Assembly (NCBI GenBank): GCA_040902005.1 | Contig: JBBDYA010000080.1 | Location: forward strand, 1-22,299 | DNA length: 22,299 bases | Source: Gemmatimonadaceae bacterium | Lineage (GTDB): Bacteria > Gemmatimonadota > Gemmatimonadetes > Gemmatimonadales > Gemmatimonadaceae | Direction of reading: 5' to 3' | In this document: piece by piece, positions 1 to 12,187 of the stretch | Layout: each line of letters begins with the position of its first letter | Numbering within the stretch: position 1 is the first letter of the stretch | Position numbers and translations under genes: made by a program | Notes under the pieces: generated by a model | Database searches by the model: none | Told to the model about the DNA's origin: nothing | Seen by the model: the letters and a program-made list of their open reading frames with translations, nothing else

Positions 1-1
1 C

Positions 2-106
2 GGACCGCGGGGCGGGTCACGCGGCGCTCCGCGCGGCGGACGTCCCGATCGCGGTCCCCCGCGCGACCGGCGTCCCGACCGTGAGCGGCCTCGCCGGGAC
101 GGATAG
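2..106 (+). CDS. 3' end of an upstream gene (partial); Arg/Gly/Asp/Pro-rich low-complexity tail
   Basis: Frame 2 is open from the window edge to TAG at 104-106: GPRGGSRGAPRGGRPDRGPPRDRRPDRERPRRDG*. It ends 9 nt before the tdk ATG. Such tails are typical of RNA-binding proteins such as DEAD-box helicases, but the product cannot be identified. Confidence 0.45.
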   Translation, partial: GPRGGSRGAPRGGRPDRGPPRDRRPDRERPRRDG

Positions 107-115
107 CATCCGCGC

Positions 116-772
116 ATGATTTCGGACATGCCCTTCCCCTCCACAGGTGGGTGGATCGAGGTCATCAGCGGCGTGATGTTCAGCGGGAAGAGCGAGGAAC
201 TCATTCGCCGCGTGCGCCGGGCGGTGATCGCGCGCAGGAGGGTGCAGGTGTTCAAGTCACATCTCGACGCGCGCTACGCCGGCATCTACCAGGTGTCCAG
301 TCACGACGGGCGGACGGTGGAGGCGGTCCCGGTGGATAGCACCGACCAGATCATCGGGCAGGTGCGCAACGACACGCAGGTCGTGGGCATCGACGAAGCA
401 CAGTTTCTCGACAAGGGCATCGTGGGGCTGGCCACATCGCTGGCCCAGCGCGGGATGCGGGTGGTCATCGCGGGCACGGATCTCGACTTTCGCGGAGAGC
501 CGTTTGGCGCGATGCCACATCTCATGGCCATCGCGGAACTGGTGGACAAGCTGCACGCCATCTGCGTGGTCTGCGGCGGCCCGGCGAGCCGCAACCAGCG
601 GCTGATCGGCGGCAAGCCGGCGCGATATGACTCCCCCACCATCATGGTCGGTGGGCAGGACACATACGAAGCGCGCTGCCGCTCGTGTCACAAGGTGCCG
701 CGGCGCGACGAGGATCAGGTCGCGCTCCCGCTCACGGTCACGCGCGAACCGCGGTACCGCCAGGATCCCTAG
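116..772 (+). CDS. tdk: Thymidine kinase (TK1-like)
   Basis: P-loop [14 protein letters not shown], Walker [20 protein letters not shown], and zinc ligands CVVC...CRSC with the YEARCR motif. The start could be 128. Confidence 0.96.
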   Translation: MISDMPFPSTGGWIEVISGVMFSGKSEELIRRVRRAVIARRRVQVFKSHLDARYAGIYQVSSHDGRTVEAVPVDSTDQIIGQVRNDTQVVGIDEAQFLDKGIVGLATSLAQRGMRVVIAGTDLDFRGEPFGAMPHLMAIAELVDKLHAICVVCGGPASRNQRLIGGKPARYDSPTIMVGGQDTYEARCRSCHKVPRRDEDQVALPLTVTREPRYRQDP

Positions 773-1467
773 AGCGACGATCCCCTGGCGTAGGCGAGCG
801 AGAGGAACTCCTCGCGCGTCTTGGAGTCGTCCCTGAACGCTCCGCGCAGCGCGCTCGTGATGGTCTTCGAGTTCTGTTTCTCCACCCCACGCATCATCAT
901 GCACAGGTGGTAGGCCTCCACCACCACGCCGACGCCGGCGGGTTTCAGCACGTCGTCGATGGCGCTGGCGATCTCATCGGTCAGGCGCTCCTGCACCTGA
1001 AGCCTGCGCGCGAACACCTCGACGATCCGCGGAATCTTGGAGAGCCCCACGATGTGGCCGTCGGGGATGTAGGCGACGTGCGCCTTGCCGAAGAAGGGCA
1101 GCATGTGGTGCTCGCACATCGAGTACAGCTCGATATCGCGCACCATCACCATGTTCTGGTGTCCCTCGGACCGGAATATCCCGGTGCCGACGACCTCCTC
1201 GATGCTGGCCTCGTACCCCTTGGTGAGCCACTGCATGCTGCGCGCGACTCGCACCGGCGTCTGGCGGAGGCCCTCGCGGGTGGGGTCCTCGCCAATCAGC
1301 TCCAGCTGCCGGCGCACGAGCGCCTCGAGTTCCGGGTCGCGCCGCATGGTGGCATCGCCGCTCGCGCCCAAGGCGCGGTCATTCTCCCCGTCCAACGCAT
1401 CCCCCCCCTGCACGCGCTTCGCGCGCTGGAGCGTCGATGAGTCCTTCTGGTCGTGTGTCATGCTCAT
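769..1467 (-). CDS. folE: GTP cyclohydrolase I
   Basis: [54 protein letters not shown]. Start placed at the ATG at 1467 (1461 also possible) rather than 1539. Confidence 0.96.
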   Translation of the reverse strand: MSMTHDQKDSSTLQRAKRVQGGDALDGENDRALGASGDATMRRDPELEALVRRQLELIGEDPTREGLRQTPVRVARSMQWLTKGYEASIEEVVGTGIFRSEGHQNMVMVRDIELYSMCEHHMLPFFGKAHVAYIPDGHIVGLSKIPRIVEVFARRLQVQERLTDEIASAIDDVLKPAGVGVVVEAYHLCMMMRGVEKQNSKTITSALRGAFRDDSKTREEFLSLAYARGSSL

Positions 1468-1562
1468 CCGTTGTTGCCGGTCCGAAAAATCGTTGACGCT
1501 CGCGCTGGATACCCGTAGCTTGGCGACCCCGAACCGCATGTCAACGCTCGACCCAGGATCGC

Positions 1563-2192
1563 ATGCTCCTCGTGGGCCTGACTGGGAACATCGCCAGCGG
1601 TAAGTCTACCGTCGCACAGCTGCTGTCCGAGCGGGGCGCGACGATCATCGACGCGGATGTGCTCGCCCGGCGCGCGGTGGAGCGTGGGACGCAGGCGTTC
1701 GATGCCATCGTGCGCCGCTGGGGCACGTCGGTCCTGGCGCCGGACGGCCACCTGGATCGCGCGGCGCTCCGGCGCACCGTCTTCGGCAGCCCCCCCGAGC
1801 TGGAGGCCCTGAACGACATCGTGCATCCCGAGGTGGAGCGGCTGCGCCGCTTGCGCATCGAGGACGCGCGCGTCCGGGGCGACCGGATCGTGGTTTGCGA
1901 CATCCCGCTGCTCTTCGAGAAGAAGATGGCGGATCGCTTCGACCGCCTCGTGCTCGTGGATGCGCCGCGGCCGGTCCGGATGGAGCGCCTGGTGATCGAC
2001 CGCGGACTTCGCGAGACCGAGGCGATGGACATGATTGCGTCGCAGATGCCGTCCGATCTCAAGCGCGCGCGCGCCGACTTCGTACTCGAGAATCATGGCA
2101 CGCTGACCTCGCTGGAGGAGCAGGTGACCGGGCTGTGGGCGTCGCTCGTCCAGGAAGCCGACCGGAACGCGTCCGTCGGCTCCGGGCTGTGA
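1563..2192 (+). CDS. coaE: Dephospho-CoA kinase
   Basis: [15 protein letters not shown]-loop, [28 protein letters not shown] motif. Confidence 0.96.
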   Translation: MLLVGLTGNIASGKSTVAQLLSERGATIIDADVLARRAVERGTQAFDAIVRRWGTSVLAPDGHLDRAALRRTVFGSPPELEALNDIVHPEVERLRRLRIEDARVRGDRIVVCDIPLLFEKKMADRFDRLVLVDAPRPVRMERLVIDRGLRETEAMDMIASQMPSDLKRARADFVLENHGTLTSLEEQVTGLWASLVQEADRNASVGSGL

Positions 2193-2268
2193 GGTCGGGG
2201 TTCCGGCGCTTACGCTTCATGCGCGATCAAGACTCACTGAAACGCCCACAGCCCCCCCCCATCGCCCC

Positions 2269-2658
2269 ATGGCAGACATTCCGAAGGATCTGAAATACAC
2301 GGAAGATCACGAGTACGTGAAGGACACGAAGGAAGCCGCCGTGGTCGTCATCGGCATCACCGATTACGCGCAGGGCGAGCTGGGAGACATCGTGTACCTC
2401 GAGCTTCCCGCGGTCGGCGCCAGCTTCGACGCGCACGACGTCTTCGGCACGATCGAGGCGGTGAAGGCGGTGTCCGAGCTGTTCGCCCCGGTGTCGGGCG
2501 AAATCGTCGAAGTGAATGCGCGCCTCGAGAAGGAGCCGCAGCTGGTGAACAGCGCGCCCTACGGCGACGGCTGGATGGTCAAGGTCAAGCTGTCCGACGC
2601 CTCCGAGCGGGAATCGCTGATGGATGCAGACGCGTACTCGGCGCACATCGGCCAGTAG
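2269..2658 (+). CDS. gcvH: Glycine cleavage system H protein
   Basis: YTEDHEY, GITDYAQGELGDIVYLELP, lipoyl-lysine motif IEAVKAVSEL, NSAPYGDGW. Confidence 0.97.
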   Translation: MADIPKDLKYTEDHEYVKDTKEAAVVVIGITDYAQGELGDIVYLELPAVGASFDAHDVFGTIEAVKAVSELFAPVSGEIVEVNARLEKEPQLVNSAPYGDGWMVKVKLSDASERESLMDADAYSAHIGQ

Positions 2659-2672
2659 TCAGGGGTGACGCG

Positions 2673-2703
2673 GCCGGCGTGAGGGCGGATGCCTCACGCC
2701 GGC
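2673..2703. terminator. GC-rich hairpin between convergent gcvH and gcvP (probable bidirectional terminator or stabiliser)
   Basis: Perfect 12-bp stem GCCGGCGTGAGG (2673-2684) / CCTCACGCCGGC (2692-2703) with a 7-nt loop, overlapping the gcvP stop codon. No U-tract. Confidence 0.55.
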
Positions 2704-5579
2704 GCGTACGCGTCGATCGGGGGACAGGCACAGACCAGGTTGCGGTCGCCGTACGCGCTCTCCACCCGTCCCACGGCGGGCCAGAACTTGTGCTCGCGCA
2801 CCCACTCCACGGGGAACGCCGCCTGCTCGCGCGAGTAGGGATGCGGCCAGGCGTCACTCACCACGCGGCGCGCCGGGTGCGGCGCGTTCTTCAGCACATT
2901 GTCCTTCCGGTCGCCCGCGCCGGTTTCGATCTCGCGGATCTCCTCGCGAATCCGGATCAACGCGTCGCAGAACCGGTCCAGCTCCGCCTTCGGTTCGCTC
3001 TCGGTCGGCTCGATCATCAGCGTGCCGGCCACGGGAAACGACACGGTCGGCGCGTGGAACCCATAATCCATGAGCCGTTTCGCGATGTCCTCGACCTCCA
3101 CGCCACTCAGCGCTTTCAGCCCGCGCGGATCCACGATGCATTCGTGCGCGATGAGCCCCTGCGCGCCCTTGTACAGCACGGGGTAGTGCGGTTCCAGCCG
3201 CCTCGCGATGTAGTTCGCGTTGAGGATGGCCATCTTCGTGGCGTGGGTGAGTCCCTCACCCCCCATCATGTCGATATACATCATCGAGATCGGCAGGATG
3301 CTCGCGCTGCCCCAGGGGGCCGCGGACACCGCCCCAGTGCGCTCGCCCGCGAGCTTCACCACGGCATGGCCGGGGAGGAACGGCACCAGGTGCTGCGCGA
3401 CCCCGATGGGACCCATCCCCGGGCCGCCGCCGCCATGTGGAATGCAGAACGTCTTGTGCAGGTTCAGGTGACACACGTCGCCGCCGATGTCACCCGGCCG
3501 CGCCAGCCCGACCATCGCGTTCATGTTCGCGCCGTCGAGATACACCTGCCCGCCGTGCTCGTGCACGATCGCGCAGATATCAACGATGCCCTCCTCGAAA
3601 ACACCGTGCGTGGACGGATACGTCACCATCAGCGCGCCGAGCTGCTTGGCGTGCTCGGCGGCCTTGGCGCGCAGGTCCCCGATGTCGATGTTCCCGTGCT
3701 CGTCCGTCTTCACGACCACGACGCGCATGCCCGCCATGACGGCGCTCGCGGGGTTGGTGCCGTGCGCCGACTGTGGAATCAGACAGATGTCCCGGTGTGC
3801 CTCCTTCCGGGATTCGTGGTACGCCCGGATCACGAGCAACCCCGCGTATTCACCCTGCGAGCCCGCATTCGGCTGGAGTGACACCCCGGCGAACCCGGTG
3901 ATTTCAGCGAGCGCGCGCTCGAGGTTCGCGAACAGCTCCTGATACCCCTTCAGCTGATCGAGGGGCGCGAACGGATGCGGCTTCGCGAACTCGGGCCAGG
4001 TGATGGGGAACATCTCCGACGTGGCGTTCAGCTTCATCGTGCATGAGCCGAGCGGGATCATCGAATGCGTGAGCGACAGGTCGCGCGACTCCAACCGGCG
4101 CATGTAGCGCAGCATCTCGGTTTCACTGCGATGGCTGCTGAACACCGGGTGCGTGAGGAACGCGCTCGTGCGCGCGAATGGCGCGTCGTAGTGTTCGTCC
4201 ACCGTCAGCGATGCGATCGCGGGCGCGTCGCGCTTGCCGCCCGCGAACACCGAGAGCAGGTCGCGCAGGTCCGCGTCGCCCACGGTTTCGTCCAGGGCCA
4301 CGCACACCGCGTCGTCGGTGAGCTGCCGCAGGTTGATCTTCTGCGCCCGGGCGCGGCCCACGATCGACGCCGCCAGCCCGGTGCCGACCTCCACGCGCAC
4401 CGTGTCGAAGAACACCTGGTGCCGAACCTTGAACCCGAGGGATTCGACGCCGCGCGCAAGTTGTTCTGCGTAGCGGTGCACCCGCTTCGCAATCGCGGCG
4501 ATTCCATCCGGCCCGTGATACACCGCGTACATGCCGGCGATCACCGCCAGCAGCACCTGGGCCGTGCACACGTTGCTGGTCGCTTTCTCCCGCCGGATGT
4601 GCTGCTCCCGCGTCTGGAGCGCCATGCGCAGCGCCGGACGGCCGTCGGCATCCCGGGAGACGCCAATGATGCGCCCCGGCAGCTGGCGCCTGAATTCATC
4701 CTTCGTCGAGAAGAAGGCGGCGTGCGGGCCGCCGAAGCCCATCGGCACACCGAAGCGCTGCGTGTTGCCCACTACCACGTCCGCCCCCCATTCGCCCGGC
4801 GGCGCCAGGACGGCGAGGCTCAAGAGGTCCGCCGCGACAGTCACCAGGGCCTCGCCCGCGTGCGCGCGCTCGCAGAACTCGCGGTAGTCCACGACCGCGC
4901 CATCGGTGGTGGGATACTGCACGAGCGCGCCGAACACCGACCCGTCGAACCGGAACGCGCGCCAGTCGCCGACGATCACCTCCCACCCGCGCGCCCGCGC
5001 CCGCGTGCGCACCACGTCGATGGTCTGCGGGTGGCACTCGTCGGACACGAAATACCGGGTGCGGTCCCCCGCCCTGGCGCCGTGCGACAAGCCGACCGCC
5101 TCCGCCGCCGCGGTCGCCTCGTCGAGCAGCGACGCGTTGGCGATCTCCATCCCCGTCAGATCCATCACCATGGTTTGGTAGTTCAGCAGCGCTTCCAGCC
5201 GGCCCTGCGCGATCTCCGCCTGGTAGGGCGTGTACGCGGTGTACCAGCCAGGGTTCTCGAGGATGTTCCGCTGGATCACCGGCGGCGTGATGGTATCGGC
5301 GTAGCCCATCCCGAGGTACGACCGGTACAGCTCGTTCCTGGAGGCACTCCGCTTCATCGAGCGCAGCGCGTCGAACTCGCTCATGGCCGCCTGGATGGCC
5401 AGTGGTGCCTTCATGCGGATGCGACGCGGCACGGCGGCGTCGATCAGCGCGTCGAGGCTATCGTATCCGAGCAGCTCGAGCATGGCCTGCGTCTCGTGCG
5501 CACGAGGGCCGATGTGGCGATCGACGAAACGGTCAGCGCCGGGACTGGCAGGCGCGGAGGCGGGAGTGGTCGGGTTCAT
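2694..5579 (-). CDS. gcvP: Glycine dehydrogenase (decarboxylating), single-chain P protein
   Basis: 961 aa; [48 protein letters not shown]-lysine motif [30 protein letters not shown]. Confidence 0.98.
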   Translation of the reverse strand: MNPTTPASAPASPGADRFVDRHIGPRAHETQAMLELLGYDSLDALIDAAVPRRIRMKAPLAIQAAMSEFDALRSMKRSASRNELYRSYLGMGYADTITPPVIQRNILENPGWYTAYTPYQAEIAQGRLEALLNYQTMVMDLTGMEIANASLLDEATAAAEAVGLSHGARAGDRTRYFVSDECHPQTIDVVRTRARARGWEVIVGDWRAFRFDGSVFGALVQYPTTDGAVVDYREFCERAHAGEALVTVAADLLSLAVLAPPGEWGADVVVGNTQRFGVPMGFGGPHAAFFSTKDEFRRQLPGRIIGVSRDADGRPALRMALQTREQHIRREKATSNVCTAQVLLAVIAGMYAVYHGPDGIAAIAKRVHRYAEQLARGVESLGFKVRHQVFFDTVRVEVGTGLAASIVGRARAQKINLRQLTDDAVCVALDETVGDADLRDLLSVFAGGKRDAPAIASLTVDEHYDAPFARTSAFLTHPVFSSHRSETEMLRYMRRLESRDLSLTHSMIPLGSCTMKLNATSEMFPITWPEFAKPHPFAPLDQLKGYQELFANLERALAEITGFAGVSLQPNAGSQGEYAGLLVIRAYHESRKEAHRDICLIPQSAHGTNPASAVMAGMRVVVVKTDEHGNIDIGDLRAKAAEHAKQLGALMVTYPSTHGVFEEGIVDICAIVHEHGGQVYLDGANMNAMVGLARPGDIGGDVCHLNLHKTFCIPHGGGGPGMGPIGVAQHLVPFLPGHAVVKLAGERTGAVSAAPWGSASILPISMMYIDMMGGEGLTHATKMAILNANYIARRLEPHYPVLYKGAQGLIAHECIVDPRGLKALSGVEVEDIAKRLMDYGFHAPTVSFPVAGTLMIEPTESEPKAELDRFCDALIRIREEIREIETGAGDRKDNVLKNAPHPARRVVSDAWPHPYSREQAAFPVEWVREHKFWPAVGRVESAYGDRNLVCACPPIDAYAPA

Positions 5580-5647
5580 GGAGTGAAAGTTATGCTTCCG
5601 TCAACCGAAGGTGAGCGAGCAAGCCACAGACACTTATGCGGAGCTCA

Positions 5648-6418
5648 ATGCAGTGGCATTTCATGGTCTCGCCCCCCGCGGCCGGCGCCGCCAACATGGC
5701 GCTGGACGAAGCGCTCATGCGGCGAGCGGCGCGGACCGGGGACGCCGTGTTTCGCGTGTACAGCTGGTCCGCGCCGACGCTCTCGCTCGGCCGAAACCAG
5801 CGCGCCCGCGACTGCTACGATCTCGAGCGGGCGGGCGAGGCCGGTGTCGACTTCGTGCGGCGTCCCACGGGGGGACGCGCGCTGCTGCACCACCGGGAAA
5901 TCACCTACAGCGCCACGCTGCCCGCCGCGGACGCCGCCGCGGCCCGCGCCGCCTACGGCTTCATCAATGGCATCCTGATCGCGGGACTCGCGCGGCTCGG
6001 CGTGCCCGCGCGCCTGACGGCCGAAGCGCAGGCCATCCCTCCCGGACTTCGCCCGTGCTTCGACGTGCCCGCCGAGCACGAGATCGTGCTGGGAGAGCGC
6101 AAGCTCGTCGGCAGCGCGCAGTGGCGTCGCGGCGGCGCCCTGTTGCAGCATGGCTCGATCCTCGTGCGCGACGATCAGCCGCTCATCCAGCAGCTCCTGG
6201 CCGCCCCGCAGCCGTCGGGCGCCGGGAGCGCGGCGACGCTGCACCAGGCGCTCGGCCGCGACCCGTCGGTGGACGAGATGGCGGATGCATTGCGTCCCGC
6301 CTTGCGCGAGTCGGCGCGGCATGAGCCACGCCTGCTGCCGCCGGACGCCGCGCTCGAGGCCGATCTGGCGGCACTGCGCGCCTCCTACGGCGCCGATGCA
6401 TGGACCTGGCGGCGCTGA
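5648..6418 (+). CDS. Lipoate-protein ligase A / octanoyltransferase (LplA/LipM-like) family protein
   Basis: NMALDEAL, PTLSLGRNQ, VRRPTGGRALLH, KLVGSAQ, LLQHGSI; lies next to gcvH/gcvP. GGAG at 5640-5643 favours the ATG at 5648 over 5636. Confidence 0.9.
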   Translation: MQWHFMVSPPAAGAANMALDEALMRRAARTGDAVFRVYSWSAPTLSLGRNQRARDCYDLERAGEAGVDFVRRPTGGRALLHHREITYSATLPAADAAAARAAYGFINGILIAGLARLGVPARLTAEAQAIPPGLRPCFDVPAEHEIVLGERKLVGSAQWRRGGALLQHGSILVRDDQPLIQQLLAAPQPSGAGSAATLHQALGRDPSVDEMADALRPALRESARHEPRLLPPDAALEADLAALRASYGADAWTWRR

Positions 6419-6496
6419 TCGCTTGACCCTACCCGGCGACTTGGTATCGTAGTCGCACACTCGTCGTCGCCGGTTTCCGCAATCCCACGTGTCGCC

Positions 6497-8167
6497 ATGC
6501 GCTCAGCCCATCCCGCCCTCCTCCTCGCCACGTTCGGCTTGTTCGGGTGCGCCGACCGCTCCAGCGATCCCGGCGCTGGCGAGGTGGGCGGAACCGTCGT
6601 CATCACCGTGCCGGGGGGGTTCCCGCCGTCCCTTCCGCCGATCATCCAGGAAGCCACGTCGCGCGCGGTGGCGGATCAGGTCTTCGAGCGCCTGGCCGAC
6701 ATTGGCGAGGACCTGAACACGCTCGGCGACCGCGGGTTCACGCCGCGTCTCGCGCAGCGCTGGTCGTGGGCGCCGGACTCATTGTCGATCGCGTTCGCGC
6801 TCGATCCGCGCGCTCGCTGGCACGACGGCCGGCCGGTGCGTGCCAGCGACGTACGGTTCACGCTTGGCCTCCTGAAGGATCCGCTGACGTCGTCGCCCTT
6901 CACCACGCTGCTCGTCAACATCGATTCGATCTCGGTGGCTGATTCGCTGACCGCCGTGGTGTGGTTCCGCCGGCGCACGCCGGAGCAGTTCTACGACGCG
7001 GCCTATCAGATCGAGGTCCTTCCGGAGCACGTGCTCGGGCGGGTGCCGCGCAACCAGCTTCGCGCGGCCAACGTCGCGTCGGTATTCGTCGGGTCCGGAC
7101 CCTTCCGGATGTCGCAGTACGAGCCTGGCGTGCGCCTGACGCTCATCGCCGACACGGCGAACTATCGCGGACGACCGAAGCTGGACCGTGTGATCTGGTC
7201 CTTCAGCACCGATGCCGGCGCGGCCATCACGCAGTTCATGAGCGGACAGTCGGACATCTACGACGGCGTTCCGACCGATGTCCTCCCGAGACTGGACAGC
7301 AATCCCAACCTGCGCGTGCGGCCGGTGACGGGGTTTGTCTACGCGTACATGGCGATCAACCAGCGCGACCCGCGGCGGAACGCCGCGCCGCATCCGATCT
7401 TCGCCGACCGCCAGGTTCGCCGCGCGCTGTCCATGGCGCTCGATCGGGAGGCGATGTTGCGGAACGTCTTCGGCCCGACCGGTGTGCTGGGCGCGGGACC
7501 ATACCCCAGCGCGCTGGCAGACAGTGCAGTGCGAATGCTGCCGTTCGACCGCGCCGCCGCCGCCGCGATGCTCGATTCCGCCGGGTGGCGCGCGGGCGCG
7601 GACGGCATCCGCTCGAAGGATGGGCGGCCCCTGGCGTTCAGCATCCTGGTGCCCACTTCCAGCGCACAGCGCATGCGCTACGCGGTGCTCCTCCAGGAGC
7701 AGTTCAGGGCGGTCGGCGCGCGCGTCACCGTCGACGCACGTGATATCCAGGGGTTCATCGACCGGCAGAACACCAGGAATTTCGACATGACGCTCACGGC
7801 CTGGTCGTCGGATCCCGCCATCGGCGGCATCAAGCAGACCTGGACGACGTCCGGCATGGTAGGCGGCAACAACAACATGAGCTACTCCAATCCGCAGGTG
7901 GACGCGCTGATCGATAGCGCGCTCACCGGGTTCGACCCGGTCCGCACGCGGCAGTACGCGCATCGCGCGTACCAGATGATCGTGGACGACGCGCCCGCGG
8001 TGTGGCTGTACGACTTCGTGCAGAACCTCGGCTACCACAGCCGCCTGCGTCCCGTGGACGTGCGCGCGACCGGCTGGGCGTTCGGGCTGGCCCGGTGGTG
8101 GATACCCGAGGCAGAGCGGATCGACCGCGACCGCCTCGGGTTGCGCCCCCCCCCCCCGCAGCCGTAG
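6497..8167 (+). CDS. Peptide ABC transporter substrate-binding lipoprotein (SBP family 5)
   Basis: Lipobox LFG-C, PRLAQRW, ARWHDGRPVRASDVRFT, VGSGPF, VRRALSMALDR, YSNPQVDALID. Confidence 0.93.
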   Translation: MRSAHPALLLATFGLFGCADRSSDPGAGEVGGTVVITVPGGFPPSLPPIIQEATSRAVADQVFERLADIGEDLNTLGDRGFTPRLAQRWSWAPDSLSIAFALDPRARWHDGRPVRASDVRFTLGLLKDPLTSSPFTTLLVNIDSISVADSLTAVVWFRRRTPEQFYDAAYQIEVLPEHVLGRVPRNQLRAANVASVFVGSGPFRMSQYEPGVRLTLIADTANYRGRPKLDRVIWSFSTDAGAAITQFMSGQSDIYDGVPTDVLPRLDSNPNLRVRPVTGFVYAYMAINQRDPRRNAAPHPIFADRQVRRALSMALDREAMLRNVFGPTGVLGAGPYPSALADSAVRMLPFDRAAAAAMLDSAGWRAGADGIRSKDGRPLAFSILVPTSSAQRMRYAVLLQEQFRAVGARVTVDARDIQGFIDRQNTRNFDMTLTAWSSDPAIGGIKQTWTTSGMVGGNNNMSYSNPQVDALIDSALTGFDPVRTRQYAHRAYQMIVDDAPAVWLYDFVQNLGYHSRLRPVDVRATGWAFGLARWWIPEAERIDRDRLGLRPPPPQP

Positions 8168-8170
8168 CGC

Positions 8171-9136
8171 GTGCGGCGCTTCGTCGCCGTCCGCATCGCG
8201 CACGCGGTCGTCGTCGTGTTCATCGTGACGACGATCGCGTTCTTCCTGATCCACTCGGTGCCCGGCGATCCGTTCCAGACGGACAATCCGCGCATCACGC
8301 AGGAGATCCGCGACCGGCTCCGTGCCGAGTTCGGCTACGACCGCCCCGTGATCGAGCAGTACGTTCGCTACGTCGGGAACGTGGCGCGCGGCGAGCTTGG
8401 CTTCTCCCACTCGTTGCAGATCCCGGTGCTGACCGCCCTCGGCGGCGCGCTCAAGCGCACCCTCGCGCTGATGGCCTCGGCGCTCACGCTCAGCTTCGCC
8501 CTGGGCATCTGGCTGGGTGTGTTCGAGGCACGGCACGCGGGACGACGCAGCGCGCGGGTGGCGAACCGGATGTCACTCCTGCTGTACTCCATGCCGGACT
8601 TCTGGGTGGCGCTGATGCTGCTGCTCGCCTTCGCGTACTGGATTCCGCTGTTCCCTGCGGGGGGCATGATCGACGTCGTCATGCACGACTACCTGTCACC
8701 GATGGGCAAGCTGTGGGACTACGCGCGCCACATGGCGCTGCCGCTGCTGGCCCTCACGCTGGTGCTCACCGCCTACATCGCGCGGTACCAGCGCGCCGTG
8801 CTCCTCGACCAGATGCCGTCGGACTATGTGCGGACGGCGCGAGCGAAGGGCGCGGACGAGTCGCGCGTCGTGCGACGGCACGCGCTGCGCAACGCGTTGC
8901 TCCCGATGATCACCCTGGCGGGGCTCGCGTTTCCCATGCTGCTCGGCGGGGCCGTTTTCGTCGAGAAGGTGTTCGCCTGGCCCGGCATGGGGCTGATGAT
9001 CACCACCGCGATCTTCGCGCGCGACTATCCGCTCGTGATCGCGGGCGTGATCGTCGGCGGGGTGATGGTGACACTGGGCAGCCTGCTCGCCGACATCGCC
9101 TACGGCCTGGCAGATCCGAGGATCCGTGTTCGCTGA
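8171..9136 (+). CDS. Peptide ABC transporter permease (OppB/DppB-like)
   Basis: PGDP, DYVRTARAKG EAA-loop, HALRNALLP, EKVFAWPGMG, DPRIR; GTG start. Confidence 0.95.
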   Translation: MRRFVAVRIAHAVVVVFIVTTIAFFLIHSVPGDPFQTDNPRITQEIRDRLRAEFGYDRPVIEQYVRYVGNVARGELGFSHSLQIPVLTALGGALKRTLALMASALTLSFALGIWLGVFEARHAGRRSARVANRMSLLLYSMPDFWVALMLLLAFAYWIPLFPAGGMIDVVMHDYLSPMGKLWDYARHMALPLLALTLVLTAYIARYQRAVLLDQMPSDYVRTARAKGADESRVVRRHALRNALLPMITLAGLAFPMLLGGAVFVEKVFAWPGMGLMITTAIFARDYPLVIAGVIVGGVMVTLGSLLADIAYGLADPRIRVR

Positions 9137-10031
9137 CGCGCTGGCGCGGTTGGCTGCGGGATACCGACGCCTGGCGACCCCAGCGAAGGTCGCGCTCGCC
9201 GTGCTGCTGGCGATGTATCTCGTCGCGCTGCTGGCACCCGTCATCGCGCCATACGCACCGTCGCAGCAGCTGGACATCGTCGCGCTCAAGAGCCAGGCGC
9301 CGACCGCCGCGCATCCCTTTGGCACGGACCGCTTCAGCCGCGATGTCCTGACGCGAGTGCTGTACGGTACGCGGGTCTCGCTCACCATCGCGATGTTCGC
9401 CGTGCTGATTTCCGCCGTCGTCGGCACCCTGTACGGACTGGTCGCGGCGACGATGGGCAGCGTGGTCGATGCGCTCATGATGCGGCTGCTGGACGCCGTG
9501 CTGTCCATTCCGCGCGTGCTGCTGCTGCTCGCGGTGCTGGCGATCTGGAGTCCGGTGCCGGTGTCGACGCTGATTCTCCTGCTCGGACTCACGGGATGGT
9601 TCGAGACGTCGCGGATGGTGCGGGCCGAGGCGCTCACGCTTCGCGAGCGCGACTTCGTGATCGCCGCGCGCTCGCTGGGTGCCGGCCGCGGCCGCGTCAT
9701 GGCCCGGCACCTGCTGCCGAACGTCCTCGTACCGGTCATTGTCGCGGCCACCCTCGGCATCGGGAACGTCATTGTGCTGGAGGCGGGGCTTTCGTTCATC
9801 GGGATCGGCGCCCGGGAGCCGGCGGCAAGCCTGGGCACCATGTTCCACGACGGGACGGAAGCATTCGTCGGCACCTGGTGGCTGGCCCTCTTCCCGGGCA
9901 TCGCGCTGGTGGTGGCGGTCGTGGCAGTCAATGTGCTGGGCGATGGCTTGCGGGCGCTGCTGGACCCACGGCAGCTTCCCGCGGCACCGCTCGGCATGCG
10001 GAGTGCAACGTCACGGGCCACCGTCACCTAA
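9126..10031 (+). CDS. Peptide ABC transporter permease (OppC/DppC-like)
   Basis: [50 protein letters not shown]. Confidence 0.95.
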   Translation: MFADALARLAAGYRRLATPAKVALAVLLAMYLVALLAPVIAPYAPSQQLDIVALKSQAPTAAHPFGTDRFSRDVLTRVLYGTRVSLTIAMFAVLISAVVGTLYGLVAATMGSVVDALMMRLLDAVLSIPRVLLLLAVLAIWSPVPVSTLILLLGLTGWFETSRMVRAEALTLRERDFVIAARSLGAGRGRVMARHLLPNVLVPVIVAATLGIGNVIVLEAGLSFIGIGAREPAASLGTMFHDGTEAFVGTWWLALFPGIALVVAVVAVNVLGDGLRALLDPRQLPAAPLGMRSATSRATVT

Positions 10032-10044
10032 CTTCACCACACGC

Positions 10045-11073
10045 ATGGCCGAACCGCTGCTCTCGATCGAGAACCTCCGTACCTCGTTTCACACGGACGC
10101 CGGCGTCGCGCGCGCGGTGGACGGCGTGTCCTTTTCCATCGGAGCGGGAGAAACGGTGGGCCTCGTGGGGGAGTCCGGCTGCGGCAAGTCCGTCACCGCG
10201 CTGTCCATCCTGCGCCTGATCATGCCGCCGGGCCGCATCGACCCCGACAGCCGGATGCTGTTCGAAGGGCGTGACCTGATGAAGTTGTCCGACGGCGAGA
10301 TGCGCAAGATTCGCGGCAATCGGATCGCGATGATCTTCCAGGAGCCGATGACCGCGCTGAATCCGGTCTTCACCGTGGGCGACCAGATCGCGGAGGTGGC
10401 GCGCATTCACGAGAAAGCGACGCGGCGCACCGCCTGGAAACGCGCGGTGGAGATGCTCGACCTGGTCGGCATTCCCGCGCCGGAGGAGCGCGCGGGCGAG
10501 TATCCGCATCAACTGTCGGGCGGCATGCGGCAGCGCATCGTGATCGCGATGGCGCTGGTCATGCGCCCCGCGCTGGTCGTGGCGGACGAGCCCACCACCG
10601 CGCTCGACGTCACCATTCAGGCGCAGATCCTGGAGCTGCTCGGGGATCTCCAGCAGCGCTTCGGCACGTCGATTCTTCTCATCACGCACGACATGGGCGT
10701 CGTGGCCGAGGCCGCCTCGCGGGTGATCGTGATGTACGGCGGAGAGATCGTGGAGGAATCCCCGGTGGATCGTATCTTCGCCAGCCCGCATCACCCGTAC
10801 ACCGAAGGATTGCTCGGCGCGATGCCCCGCGTGGGCCAGGAGCGCGAACGCCTGCAGACGATTCCGGGCACGGTGCCGGCGCCAACGGCGTGGCCTTCGG
10901 GGTGCCGGTTTCACGATCGCTGCGGCTACTCGTGGGAGCGCACCGCGCACGAGCACCCCCCGCTGTACGACGTGGGCCCCGGTCACCGCTCGCGGTGCCA
11001 CCTAGCCCAGGAGCCGGAGCGCCGCCAGCATCCCCACGAGCCGGTCGTGGTACAGCGGGGAGTGCCCGCATGA
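10045..11073 (+). CDS. Peptide ABC transporter ATP-binding protein (OppD/DppD-like)
   Basis: Walker A GESGCGKS, signature LSGGMRQR, Walker [21 protein letters not shown]-terminal GCRFHDRC. Start at ATG 10045 (MAEPLL). Confidence 0.95.
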   Translation: MAEPLLSIENLRTSFHTDAGVARAVDGVSFSIGAGETVGLVGESGCGKSVTALSILRLIMPPGRIDPDSRMLFEGRDLMKLSDGEMRKIRGNRIAMIFQEPMTALNPVFTVGDQIAEVARIHEKATRRTAWKRAVEMLDLVGIPAPEERAGEYPHQLSGGMRQRIVIAMALVMRPALVVADEPTTALDVTIQAQILELLGDLQQRFGTSILLITHDMGVVAEAASRVIVMYGGEIVEESPVDRIFASPHHPYTEGLLGAMPRVGQERERLQTIPGTVPAPTAWPSGCRFHDRCGYSWERTAHEHPPLYDVGPGHRSRCHLAQEPERRQHPHEPVVVQRGVPA

Positions 11074-12155
11074 GCGAGCCGCTGCTGTCGGTCCGGAATC
11101 TATCCAAGCACTTCACGAGAACGTCGGGATTGTTCGGTGCCACAAAGGACGCGATCCGCGCCGTGGACGGCGTGTCCTTCAACGTGTTTCCCGGGGAAAC
11201 CCTGGCACTCGTCGGCGAGTCCGGCTGCGGAAAGACCACGACCGGCCGGGCGATCCTCAGACTCATCGAGCCCACGGGCGGCGAGGTGCGTTTTGACGGC
11301 CAGGACGTGCTCGGACTCGGCTCCGCGGACCTGCGCCGGCTGCGGCGCCAGATGCAGATCATCTTCCAGGACCCGTTTTCGTCGCTGAATCCGCGCATGT
11401 CGATCGGCGCGATCGTCCGCGAGGGGCTCACGATCCACCGGATCGCCGAGGGCGCGGAAGCGGACAAGCGCACGCGCCGCCTGCTGGACGAAGTGGGACT
11501 GCGTCCGGAATACGCCGAGCGGTACCCGCACGAGTTCTCGGGTGGACAGCGGCAGCGCGTGGGCATCGCGCGGGCGCTGTCCGTGGAGCCGAGGTTCATC
11601 GTCTGTGACGAACCCGTCTCGGCGCTGGACGTCTCGGTGCAGGCACAAGTGATCAACCTGCTCCAGGATCTCCAGCGCGATCGCGGCCTCGCGTATCTCT
11701 TCATCGCGCACGACCTCTCGGTCGTGGAGCACATCGCGGATCGCGTCGCGGTCATGTACCTCGGTCACATCGTCGAGCTGGCGAAGTCCGAGGACCTGTA
11801 TCGCGAGCCGCTCATGCCGTACACGCAGGCGCTGCTGTCGGCGGTGCCCGTGCCCGATCCCGCCGCGAGGCGCGATCGCATCGTGCTCCAGGGAGACGTG
11901 CCCTCCCCCGCCAATCCGCCATCGGGGTGCGTCTTCCATCCGCGGTGCCACCACCCGCGCAAGGATGCGGCCTGCGCGTCGATCGTTCCCCCGCTCGAGG
12001 AAAAGGCGCCCGGACATTTCGCGGCGTGCATCAAGCAGCCGCCAACCGGCGTCGTGTGGGAGCAGCAGAAGACCCACGGTGGCACATTGGAGCCGGAGCG
12101 GTATGTTCCGCGCTCCGCTTTGCGCCTTCCCCAGCCGTCCCAGCCCACGTCGTAG
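11070..12155 (+). CDS. Peptide ABC transporter ATP-binding protein (OppF/DppF-like)
   Basis: [51 protein letters not shown] overlap with the upstream gene at 11070-11073. Confidence 0.95.
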   Translation: MSEPLLSVRNLSKHFTRTSGLFGATKDAIRAVDGVSFNVFPGETLALVGESGCGKTTTGRAILRLIEPTGGEVRFDGQDVLGLGSADLRRLRRQMQIIFQDPFSSLNPRMSIGAIVREGLTIHRIAEGAEADKRTRRLLDEVGLRPEYAERYPHEFSGGQRQRVGIARALSVEPRFIVCDEPVSALDVSVQAQVINLLQDLQRDRGLAYLFIAHDLSVVEHIADRVAVMYLGHIVELAKSEDLYREPLMPYTQALLSAVPVPDPAARRDRIVLQGDVPSPANPPSGCVFHPRCHHPRKDAACASIVPPLEEKAPGHFAACIKQPPTGVVWEQQKTHGGTLEPERYVPRSALRLPQPSQPTS

Positions 12156-12187
12156 GCAGGATCTCCCCCCCCCAGAACGGAGCGACC

